Assembly (NCBI RefSeq): GCF_036321535.1
Contig: NC_087436.1
Location: forward strand, 44,456,001 to 44,520,000
Length of the DNA stretch: 64,000 bases
DNA from: Camelus dromedarius
Lineage: Eukaryota
Direction: 5' to 3'
The position numbers were made by a program, and so were the translations under genes. Below, piece by piece: positions 1 to 11,410 of this stretch. The notes under the pieces are model-generated. The model saw nothing but the letters and a program-made list of their open reading frames with translations, had not been told where the DNA came from and ran no database searches. The first letter of the stretch is position 1, and each line of letters starts with the position of its first letter.

Positions 1-1074
1 TTACATTTTCCTTCTTAAGGCCTCCATAGAAAGACTGTGAAATACTAAGAGAGTAAGGAAAATAGCTATAATGATTAACAAAGGAGCTTTATATAGATGT
101 TGGGGAGAAAAAAGTAGCTTTAGAATCAGAAAATTAAAAAATCTGTAGTGTAATGTGTGTGTTTATGCCTTTATAGGGGACAAGAACAAGCAAACAAAAA
201 AAAAGGTTGGTTTAAGAAATGTTTTTAATTGCTTTACAATTTTTAAAAAAAATATGTAAATCTAATCTAAGCAGTTTTAAGCTCAGCTAACTTTCAGCTT
301 CTTACAAGGAAAGGAAAGATGTAGAACAAGAGGATTCAAAATTAGAAGAATATGGTTAAAAGGTCTGAGTCCTTTAGAAAATCCTGTTCCAGTTTTTCAT
401 ATGAAGTCCAGTTAAACAAAGTATATTTTCCCTCTTACAGACCCTCCCGTGGCCACTTCCTCATTCATTTAATTTTTTATCTAGGAGATGGTAGATTTTA
501 GTGTTTTCTTTAGAGAACTTGGAATAGGAGCATTATATGTGGTAGAAGATGATAAATTACCTTGTTAAGTGACCTTCTTTTTGACAAATTAACTCATGTT
601 GTTAAATAAACAGTGAGTCATTTTTTTTCCTCTGAAACCATTGTGAGATCCAAGACTCCAAGGAGCCCAATTTCATTCAGCAATCAATTTCAAAGATTGT
701 GAGAGAGTGGCGACAGAAACTACCAGGCAGTTTGATTCATCAGGGCTGACACAATGGTGTGGTTTCTTGTTTTTTTCCCAACTCTTTTAAATTTGTTTTT
801 CTTAAAACTAGAATATAGGTCAGAAAACCTGCATTGATTGCATTTCTATTTATGCATTAAGTCTGGAGCAGGACTATAATTTTCTTCTACATAGAACTTG
901 TATTTCTACATAATGAATATTTGTATGTAATTTCTCATGAAGTGAATGTTTCTTTCTTAATTATTTTTTCCACTGTTTTGTTGCACTAATTTTGTTTCTG
1001 GATTCTTTAGTCATCCATATTTCAAGAAATCTGGTTTTTATGCTTTGATCTTCGACCTTTCTTCAAGCCTACAA

Positions 1075-1182
1075 CTTCTTTTCAAAACAGCAGCAACAGT
1101 GACCCTTAAAACATAAGAAAGGTGATGTCACGCCTCTGCTAAAAAACAAAACAAAACAAAACAAAATCAATGGCTTCCCTTA
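1075..1182 (+). mobile_element. L2 LINE 3' region fragment, interrupted by an (AAAAC)n microsatellite at about 1141-1165
   Basis: CAGCAACAGTGACCCTTAAAACAT...GATGTCACGCCTCTGCT...AATGGCTTCCC resembles the L2 3' region. Boundaries approximate. Confidence 0.6.
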
Positions 1183-1317
1183 TAAAAGACTGCAAAGCGC
1201 TAGTATTATTAGTGTGATTGTGATATAGATATTTAGAGTTAACTGAGGCTTCTTTTTTTGGCTGATGATCAATTTCTGAAATAACTCATATGTGCTTCAA
1301 AGAATGTGTATTCTGGA

Positions 1318-2730
1318 AGAGGTGGAATCAAAATGGCAGAGTAGGAAGACCCTGAGCCTCTTCTCGTGGACACACCAAAACTACAACTACATATAGAAGA
1401 ACTCTCTCTGAGAACAACCTGAGAACTAGCGGAACAACTCTTTTACAATTAAGGATATAAAGAAAAAACATTGAGATGGTTAAAGGGGAAGACAAGTGAT
1501 CTAGTCAGGACCTACCCAGACCTGGGAACCAGCACTGAGAACTGGAGCCTCCTTTCCTGGTTTTGAAAAGTAGCAGGGCTTATTATGACGTGGAGAGCTG
1601 GAGGGCTATAGGTAATCAAGACTCTGCTTTTAAATTCTTGTGCACATAAGTTTACTTATTCCAAGTCCCAGTGCAAAGGGAGTATTTGGAGCTCTCGATC
1701 GCCTGCTAAAGTCACCTCAGAATGCCCCCCAACCCACATCCAGCTCTGGCTCCAACCACCTTGCCAAAGTGGTAATCTTTGGCCTGCCTTGAGAGAAACC
1801 CTGACCAGGGAAGGGCTCTGGCTTCAGTTGCTTCCCCCAACCTCCCTGCCAAAGTGGTAGCTTCTGGCATGCCCCTGGAGAAGCCTTAGCCCACCCCAGG
1901 CTCCAGCTCCTCCAACCCCCACCAAGGTGGCAGCCCATGGTGCATGCTGGGCTCTGTATTCAGCTCACCTCGCCAATGTGCTGGTCCTGTCACACCCTGG
2001 GAAAAGCCCCAGCCCGTGATTGCTTCAGCCCCAGCCCTCCCACCAAAGCCAGCAGGCACATGCAGTTTGCATAGGTATACTCCTACACAAGGACACACCT
2101 TCAAGACTGGGAGAAGTAACTGTTTTGCCTAATTCATAGGGACAAACACAGAAAGTCAAACAAAATGAGGAGACAGAGAAATATATTCCAAAAGAAAACA
2201 ATATAGGACTTCAGTTAAAAAATAAACAAAAACCTATTGAAGATAAGTAGTTTACCTGGTTAAAGAGTTCAAAGCAATGGTCATAAAAATGCTCACCAAA
2301 CTTGTGAGAAGAATAGAAGAACACAGTGAGAACTTCAACAACAAGTTGGAAAATATAAAAACCAATCAGAGCTGAAGAATATAGTCACTGAAATGAAAAA
2401 TACATTAGATGGAATCAGCAGCAGATTAGATGATACAGAAGAATCCCTTAGCAATCTAGAAAACAGAATAGTTAATGTCACTCAGAACAACAAAAAGAAA
2501 AAAAATTAAAAATGGGGTAGTTTAAGGAACCTCTAAGACAACATCAAGCATACTAATATTTGCATTATAAGGATTCCACAAGGGGAAGAGAGAGAGAGAA
2601 GGGCAAAACCACTAATTTGAAAATGTATATGCACACCTATGTTCATTACAGCCTCATTTGCAATAGCCAAGATATGGACGTAAACTAAGTATCATTGACA
2701 GATGAATAGAGAAGATATGATATATATATT
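1318..2730 (+). mobile_element. Degenerate LINE-1 of Laurasiatherian type: 5' UTR and 5' part of ORF1 joined directly to the end of ORF2
   Basis: 5' end reads GAGGTGGAATCAAAATGGCAGAGTAGGAAGACCCTGAGC. ORF1 start at 2165 gives MRRQRNIFQ, and later EFKAMVIKMLTKL and DNIKHTNICII, with stops and frameshifts. From about 2612 it has the ORF2-terminal motif ATGCACACCTATGTTCATTACAGCCTCATTTGCAATAGCCAAGATATGG. Confidence 0.9.
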
Positions 2731-3554
2731 TATCATGTCTATCATCTGTCAGTCAGTCATCTGTGGTTATTGATCATTGTTATAATTTTGTCCTTATGTA
2801 TACCAAAAGACTTTTTGGTCTTTTATGGCATTTTTTTCAACTACAATCCTGATTTCCTTATTCTTGCAGATAATTGTATTTTATTTTTTATTATTTACAG
2901 TTAAGCATTTTTCCCATCTATATCTCATTTAATGTTTTTGGAGGCAAAATATTATATACTTATTTACAGGGGATGTTGATGCCTATTAATATGGTTGGTT
3001 TTTAAATTTATAGCCACAAGAATTCTGTTGAGTTTCAGGTGATTAGAAACCATATACAAACACCCGCACACCAAAGTATAAGGGTAAATGAAGTTCCAAA
3101 CTTAATTAGATAAAGATGTAATTCTTACCAGAAGTAATAAATTCACACAGAGCAGGAACCTGTGGGACAAAGCACATTTGAGCTTCCCTCAATTCACAGA
3201 CCAGTGGCTGTGAGTTGTAACTGCCAGATCTGAGGTGCCAACTTTTCATTCCTTTATACTCACTATTTGGAGAACCTTACATGCACAAACCAGGTATGTT
3301 TATTTCAAGGAATGTTACAGTCATTGGATTTTCCTGGCTGTTGCATCAGGCTCAGTGTCAGCACAAACACATGCTCACTTGAGAAGAGATACAAACTTAT
3401 GCACAGGTGTTTTGAATAATTTCTCAGCCTTCAGCTTACCACTGTCTTGGAGAGCCTGTTTCTCCACAGATCACCACTAATTCTGATTTTATTTTGATTT
3501 TATCTGGATAATTCTAGGAATGAGTTTGGTCCAAATCCATGGTCCTACTAGCAT

Positions 3555-3670
3555 AATTCAATCAGCAAACATTTATTAATCTCTGACTAACTCCCAGTCA
3601 GAATGTAGGTGCTTGGAAAGTAGTAGAATCAGACTTCATTCCTATCTCAGGTGGAGCTCATGGTCTGATG
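3555..3670 (-). mobile_element. L2 3' end fragment
   Basis: ATTCAATCAGCAAACATTTATTAA...GGAGCTCATGGTCTG matches the reverse complement of the L2 terminus. Confidence 0.55.
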
Positions 3671-3829
3671 AGTTCACATGATTGTGTGTTTTTCTCCCTT
3701 TTGTTTATTACTGTTGTTGTTGTTATTGTTATTATTATTATTATTGCTGTTAGTGTTCTACAGATAGTTACCATGATACCTGTACTGATAAAAAATAAAC
3801 TCCAGATAAAGGCTAGTATTAGATCTACT

Positions 3830-3985
3830 ATTATTCAGTGATCAGATCATGCTCAACTCATGATGCTCAATTTGTGACAGTTATACTTTGGGAGACATAG
3901 GTTGCCACTTATTCAGAAATGACCAGGAAGTTGAGGAGATTTGAGACCATATCATGTGAAAAATTGATACAAGGATTGGAGAAAT
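3830..3985 (+). mobile_element. L3/CR1 LINE fragment
   Basis: GACCAGGAAGTTGAGGAGATTTGAGACCATATCATGTGAAAAATTG resembles the L3 ORF2 3' segment. Confidence 0.45.
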
Positions 3986-5849
3986 AGAATTCTTCATAAT
4001 AAAGTTGGGAAGACTTGTATTCACCAATCTCATCATCTCTTTTCACAAAGCATAATGGCACTGAGGGTACAAAGTCTGTCATCCTCTATTTCTGTCAATG
4101 TGAATGTCATATTAACTGTGTTGTCAGAACCAGGCACATGGCTCTAGTACATTTACTAGTTTGCTGCAGGCTCCCAATGGCTAATAGTAGGGATCAGGCC
4201 CTTCCACTGTTTATTATTCACCAAATTCCAATGCCAATGGTGGCTCAAGTCTTGTTTACATAAAAGGATGCCTAAGCTACCATTGTATACTACAGAAGAC
4301 CCTTCACATTTGTTTCTGGGCAAATTCAAATGTGAATGGTCTTTATTTATTTACCAAGGAATAAATTATAGCTTTTCACACTGAGAATAAACTCTTTCCA
4401 TCTGTCTGTTCTCAAAATTGTGTTGTGCCACGCATGGGGCTTTTGTGAGCCACGGATAGAGTCACATTTCTTTCTGCTAACTGAAACAAGCTTGTAGAAA
4501 GTTAACCATCAGAAAGTTAAATATTTGTTATGGGTTCTACAAATGGAAAATATGAACATGAAATTAGTTTTTCTTTTTCTTGAAAATACGATCTATCTGT
4601 AAAATGGTAGGACACCAATATTAAATGATTTTGATGCATGATAAATTCATAGCTCTCTACATCAATTTGGGGAAAGAGGGGATAAAAAAATTGGAAATCT
4701 GGCTTGTTATCAAATTTAAATCATTACCAGACAAAATCTTACTAAAGCCCAAATACTGTGGTTTGGAACTATCTGAATCTATTTTAAATGATCCTTGGAC
4801 AACATCAGACAGGTTTAGATTCATTGAGCTTATATAAGAAATTACTTTTTGCTTGTACTGGTTCCATCTGTTCTAAGCTGCAATGAACATGTCCCGCTTG
4901 TGTCTGCAACCTCAGTAAAGGTGTCTCACAGGTGCACGTGGGGCCATTTGCTGGCAAAAGGTCACTGAAATTCCTTTCCAACTCTAGTTTTAGATTTAAC
5001 CTCTTTCTCAGAAAAGAGAGAAGCAAAGTGGAAAGAAAAGAATGTTTTGTTCTTCAAAGTCAAAGAAAACTGTATTCCTGTTCTTTCCTTCCTTTTTCCC
5101 CTGATGTATGTAAACTTGTATAGACCATTCGATACTCTAGTTCAAGGTTAACTTCAAAACATCTCAGGACACATCTTGTTTTATGTCCTCTTGGGTACGT
5201 CATTTCAGTAAGGTAATGTTTATGACAGTTCTAGTGAAGAAAATTAAGAGAGGATTTTGCATACCAGCTGTAAAAGATAAAGTCTGAGACACTCCAGCAC
5301 TTTTCAAAATGGATCCTCTTTCAATGAAGATTATTCATGAGGTCTCATCCTTTCACGCTTTCCCACCCCTCCTCCTCTTCTCACCACCACCTTCCAGAAG
5401 ACGTTTGCATAGTTGACATACTGTGGAAATACACATGTTTAATTATGATACATTCAAGAGTCCTTGATTTTCAAGTAGTGCCTGTCATGTATGGAGCATC
5501 TATGCCACAATAGAGTACAATTGACATATTGGACATGAAAAACATGTGGATTCTCCCTCAGAATCATCATCATCTACTTTGCAAATGCACCTTTATGTTA
5601 CTGAAAAATTAGCATTGTCTTAGAAATTTTTTTCTTATGAAGCGATACAGAAGTATATGTTTTCTGATTAATTGTGCACTTGTAGATTTCACAAAAAAGT
5701 TAATTTCCAGTGAGCCTATATATTAAATGTATAGTCTACGAAAAATAGGGCCAAACTTTCCCAGGCTAAAAATCTCTTTTCCTTTCTTTTCTTTCACTTA
5801 ATGGCAGTTTCACTTCACTTTCATTTTCTTATTTGCACCCATTTGTCTC

Positions 5850-6355
5850 CCCATGTAGTGATGCAGGTCTTGCCAGGCACAGAATGCAGTTCTCAGCTCC
5901 TCTTCCAGATGAGTGTGAGCACATGGAGGTCGTACACTCTAGCCATTGGGTCAAAGGCAGACATGTTCTATGGCAGCTTCTGGGAAAATTTTTTGAGAGA
6001 TGAGCATAGTCTTTGTCCTCTTCTTTTCTTTTCTCTCGTTTTGATGCTGGAAGCATGGGTATAGGCCATCTTGGACCATAAGCATGAGGCCACCTTTAAG
6101 AGTGTTAGAGCAGTGGCTGGAGAAACCCAGAGAGCTGCATTGAAGGCACCAGTTCACAGTGTAGCCTTTATCAATAGTGTCCCCTAGAGTTGAGTAAAGT
6201 AGTAGCTTTAAGACCTGGGGCCTTGAGGACTTGGTGGAACAGAGTCATTATACCGGTCCCCTGACCCCCAGAATTCATATATGTGAATAAAAAGTTTCTT
6301 GTTATGGCCACTGTGAAGTTAGGTTTTAGTATTAGTTGTAGTTGAATCTGATACT
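5850..6355 (+). mobile_element. MaLR solo LTR, MLT1J/K-like
   Basis: Contains GGCAGCTTCTGGGAAA and GCCATCTTGGACCATAAG. The 3' end AATAAAAAGTTTCTTGTTATGGCCACTG...GAATCTGATAC is typical of old MLT1 LTRs. Confidence 0.7.
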
Positions 6356-6969
6356 TTTTTAATCCACTCTTTATCTGACATAATTTTACAGGCTAGTGGG
6401 CAAATGAATATGCATACATAAGATGATATAGAATAATTACCAAGTTATGTGACAACAGGTATAAATGTAAAATTGTATTTTCATGTATTAGTGGAGGCTG
6501 TTGAATCTTCCACACCTTATGAAATACACACAAGGTGAGAATTTCATAACAAATGACCTAAAGGCAAAAAAAAAAAAAAAAAAAGATGATAGAACACAGA
6601 TGAAGAGACTAGGATAAAGGAGTAGAACTGGACAATAATGAGACATGAGGTGGGTGACACATGAGAAACAGATCCAGATACTAGAGGGGGTACTGACTGT
6701 AATGGGGCAGTTTGTAGAACTGGTTATTTTGCATGGTGAGATCATGAGTTGATTTTTGACTTACATTTCAATAGTTATTAATGTGTATATATCTTCTCAT
6801 TAGAGGAGTTAAAATCATCAGCTTATAGATGATAGTGATTTTATCTTCCTTTGTTCCATAATTTCCCAAAAAGGCCTTGCATTAATTTATAGCAAGAAAA
6901 AATACATGAATGTCCTTAAAATAAGCCATTACCCTTTTTTGGTGAAATTTCAGACTCATTTATATCATA

Positions 6970-7170
6970 AAGAATTTGAACTAAACATTTACTTGGAGCC
7001 TTCAGAGAGGTTTAATTTCAGGAGATTATATAAAAGCCTGATAATTTCCCATAGTAGTTCATGGCTACATTTAAAATTTTCCACTGTTGGGAAAGTTCTT
7101 CCATATACTTAAGTTAAACCATGTGGTTTAGGTCAATTTTTCTTGATTGTCCCTTACTATAGATGCAGTT
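6970..7170 (-). mobile_element. L3/CR1 3' fragment
   Basis: CCACTGTTGGGAAAGTTCTTCCATATACTTAAGTTAAA resembles the reverse-oriented L3 3' region. Confidence 0.45.
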
Positions 7171-7244
7171 TCATGTCCCATGAAAACAAGAACAATCATC
7201 ATTTTAAAAGGGAACTCAATTGTATGATAGTAAAAGTAACATCT

Positions 7245-7415
7245 TTACATTATAGAATTTTACACGTTACAGTACACTACAATATGTATAATTCACTTAA
7301 TTTTTATAACAGTCTGTGACAGAGGTATTCTCATTATCCTAAGTAATAGCTTAGTATAACCTCTTCTGGAAACTGCTGAATTGAGATTTGAACCCAGTTC
7401 TTAAAATGTCAGATT
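7245..7415 (-). mobile_element. MIR SINE
   Basis: TTAATTTTTATAACAGTCTGTGACAGAGGTATT...GAGATTTGAACCCAG. Confidence 0.6.
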
Positions 7416-7425
7416 CAGGGGTGCT

Positions 7426-9366
7426 GTGGGTGTGAATCTAGTTTTTATGACATGAAACCTAAATTATGAAAAATAATACAGCATTAAAAGCACAAAATTA
7501 GATTCAGAAGTCATTATTTAGAATAAGGAAAGATGTAACAAGAAAGTACAATGTTTTAAAAAGCTAACATTCCAAAATCCATATAAAGTGTAGTATTTTT
7601 ATTAATTAACTGCCTGACCAATGTCTATAATACTTTTTATCCTGAACTTTTTTGTAGGAAATATCTTGTATAATCTTTTAATGACCTCTTTGTATGACAA
7701 AGATTTTGTAATTTCTTTATGTAGAGCAGTGATTTTATCTTCTAGAATAGATGACAGAAATTCCTTTTTTTCAAATTTTAATTAATGGAGCTGAAAACTT
7801 TCAGCTTCACAAGTAATGTCAAGTAAGTTTTAGGTTTATTTTCAAATTTGGGAAAACTATCAACTTCCTTTCATGTATGGGCTATAAGATTTCATGGCAT
7901 TTCAAGGTTACTTATGCACTAAGTAATCGTAAATACTATTGAATTATCCAGTTTTTTCTTTACTATGTCCATATTATAAAGGCTTATTGTGAGCTCTGTG
8001 TGGTTTTTTTCATGTCAATATTTTGTGTCAAATCAGCCAAAATTGTCTTTACCTATGTATTTATAAGATTTACTCTTCTTCATCAATTGAATTTTCAAAT
8101 AATTTAAGTATATTCGTTACTTCTTTTCAAAATTTGTCTCTTCCTTTTAACGAATCATTGCTTTTAGCATAGTCTAATTATTTGCCATAATTTACTTCTC
8201 AATGTCAGAATAAATTCTATCGCTTTTCTTGCTCATTTTATCACTTTGTTTCATATTCTACTAACTTTTAATCAGAATTTTCTTAGCTATTTTCATAAAT
8301 AAAAATAAAGATGGCTAAAAAAGTTATCCTTCATTTGTGTCCTTTCAGGAATCTTGAGCTAGGTAATAACATACCAAAGCACTCTGATACTACATGCATG
8401 GCTTGATCATTGACTATGTGAGGAATTTTGTCATTAAACACTTGTATTTCCACATCACCTTGCTGTGTCTGAGGCAATTTTGTACGCTTTTTCATCTGGA
8501 GACTTCAGACTTCATCAGGCCACAGTGAGACAGATATACTTACACATGATCCAGTATGTTGGCATGCAGAAAGCGGGTGATTTCGCTCACAAAGGTATAG
8601 CTGAACCAGTACTGCTGGGCTTGTTTCTATAAACAGGATTGCTGATAAAATTCTAATGTAATTTCCATAAAGAAAGTATGTGGTGCATTTATGGTTGATA
8701 TGCTGCATTATTGAGCGTATCCCTTTCCTGATAAGAGAGAACTTGAATTTTGTCTAGGCATTGATAGGAAACAAATCCTTCCATTATAACTTTACATGTT
8801 TGGTGATTGGAAAACTATCCAAAGGCTAGTTTCTGCCTTCATTTCTTCCCTCCCTCCCTCTCTCTCTCTCTTTCTCTCTTTATTTCTTTCTTGTTCTGCT
8901 GTCCACATACTTCCAGTCCTAGGCCTCCAAAGATGTGTTCATGTCATGGAAGTGCCCCTGGCTCTGTCAGTGGTTGGCAGGAGGACTGTGGGAGCCATTC
9001 TCTGGCTAGCTGTAACTTAACATACACAGAAATCATGGCAAATCCCTAAACTATACTCCAGTAAATCTAAACAAAATGTTTCTCCTAATAATTTCCCTTT
9101 AGCTGGATCTCAAAAGTGTCCTTGGCTACTACTGTCTTGTTACCCAAAATGAGGGCGTAGAAATGGAGGGAAAGCTGGAGTAGAAGAAATCAGATTTCTC
9201 AACAAAATTCATCTAAACTGTTTCACTTTAGAAACTAACTTTGGAATATAAACTATATTAACTTTAGAATATGTCACAAAATGACATGACCTGCAGGGTA
9301 CTGGAAGGGGCTGGTAAAAGTGAAGGACACTGAAGTTCCAATAACTTTGCAGCAAATCTGCCTCTA
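7426..9366 (-). mobile_element. hAT-Tip100 DNA transposon fossil (Zaphod/MER115 family) with transposase remnant
   Basis: Contains ATTTTTATTAATTAACTGCCTGAC near the left end. The right end GGAAGGGGGCTGGTAAAAGTGAAGGACACTGAAG...AAATCTGCCTCT matches the recalled Zaphod/MER115 end. Minus strand 7814-7794 reads TCEAESF, like the hAT dimerisation motif SCEAERSFS. Confidence 0.8.
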
Positions 9367-9720
9367 CACCATGCTACCATTTTAAAGATGTAGATCTTGT
9401 ATCTAAAATGAAAAGCTTGATTCCCCATTGGTGGATAAAAATTGTAAAATCAGACTTAATGGCTGAGGTTATTTTTAAATCCAAATTTCATGTGTCATTT
9501 GTGAGCTGATTGGCCGTTCTTTATGAGTCTTACTTATGTGTGAGTTCTGGTTTGTTTTATCATGGTCTACATGACACCTGCAGTTTGCAACATATTGGGA
9601 TGATCTGTTGGTTGTTACTATCTTCCAGTAGTTAATGGTTGTGCTATGCTGCTGTAACAAAGTTTTAGTAACATCTTCCTGCTTACTTTATTAAGTGTGC
9701 TAAAAAGGAACCCTGTGCTT

Positions 9721-9751
<31 letters not shown>

Positions 9752-11169
9752 GTTCTCTTTTCAGTTCTACTGAGATTGGGGTATTTTGCAGTGGGAAAGC
9801 AAAAATGTTGGTGGATGGCCTGCATGTTGGTGAGTTTGTGGTATTGAAGCCATTATATTATCATATTAATGTTCACTAAGTTGACTGTGTTTTATGTTGC
9901 AAGTCCCACTGTGTTCAGATTTTTCTTTGCCTAAAACAATGCTGCATATTTTCTTAGCTAAATTCCAAAAGAACTAATATTGCATTTTTGGTATAATTTC
10001 CTACTTCTTTATTTATTGGAAGTACCAGCTGTATTATTTTTCTTAGATAGTGCAGCATATGAATAAAAATATATTTTCTTGATTGAACTTTTCATTTCAA
10101 TGTTTATTGCAAGCTATGCTTGACAGGAGTACAACGAGGTTAAAAATTCTCTACCTTAGGCTGGTACCATGACCCCAAATTTCGCACATTTTTTATGCTG
10201 AAAAAGAACATGGTTTTCCTGGGGATAGTTTATAATACTTGGTGATGATATATGATAAGGGCTGGGTGTTTATATTACCTGTGTCAGGATTCCCTTATGT
10301 CTATAATTAACATGTTCGCCAAACACCCTAGAATTCTCTGATGAATGTACTCAGCCTTTTAACTGAGTGACCCAAGAATACGTTGTATTTTAATCTCCAT
10401 CTGACTGCTACGTTCACTTTTTCCAAACATTTTATTTGGCATTTATCACATTCAGTGCCCTCCCATTCTTTTCATCCTTCTTGTTTTATTGATGAATAAT
10501 GAGAGTGTTAACACTGCTTATCTTGACTTGGGCAAATGAAGAGTGACTTGCCTAAGAGCCTCTAGCCTGAATCAACTGGATGATTTCTGTGTGTTTGCTT
10601 CCAGTTTTAAGCTATGATTGCTTACACCTAACAGTAGCTATAAAATACACATTTATGGGGAAGTCTCTAATCTCACAGTCAACGAAAGTAATCTTATTCT
10701 GTGATATGACTATAAATGAAATCACACTTTACAGTGGCTAGCCTGATGCCCATGTAAAACCAAAAGGGTTTAAGGCAGAAGGAAATTTAGAAGAGCTCAG
10801 TAGGCATCTTACCTCTGTTGTCCAAATTTACACCCCAGTTCCGTCATTGCTGTGGTGAATATTCTTAAAATATATTCATTCTCGCAATTTTAATAGATTA
10901 GCCACTTCTGTGAAAGAATTTTTTCCCAGATAAATTATATAACTGTGATAGAGACTTAAAATCCCAATTCATAGTGATATGGTAAACCATATCCACATAG
11001 GAGAAAATGAGAGTGAAGAATCTCCAAATGAAATCATTCTTTCTGAGGATGCCGAGTGCTGATAAAATGTGTATGTCACAAGGAGTTGTCATATACAGAA
11101 GTACCCAAGTTGCATAGAGAGGTATGGTACATACATCATCCTCTCTCTATATCTGTATCTATAGCTGAA

Positions 11170-11410
11170 TACATCTTTAATTGCATATACAAATATGTAT
11201 ACATATATAAATATCAGAATAGTATACATTATTCTAAAATAGTTTTATATGTATGAAATATGCAGCTAATACTGGTTCTTTAATTTGAGACAAGCACTAT
11301 TACTATATCTTGATATTCATATGTGTATGGATATATAAAATACATACATAGGTATATATCACATATGTACATATTTGTGTATATATTTTCATATATATAT
11401 ATGTATATGC
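11170..11410. repeat. Degenerate (TA/TG/CA)n low-complexity tract
   Basis: Runs such as ATATGTATACATATAT and CATATATATATATGTATATGC. Confidence 0.7.

Noticed and set aside
10813..11058. Minus-strand exon-like interval with a good donor (GAG|GTAAGA)
   Set aside because: The acceptor is weak and the interval has stop codons; a non-coding exon cannot be supported from sequence alone.
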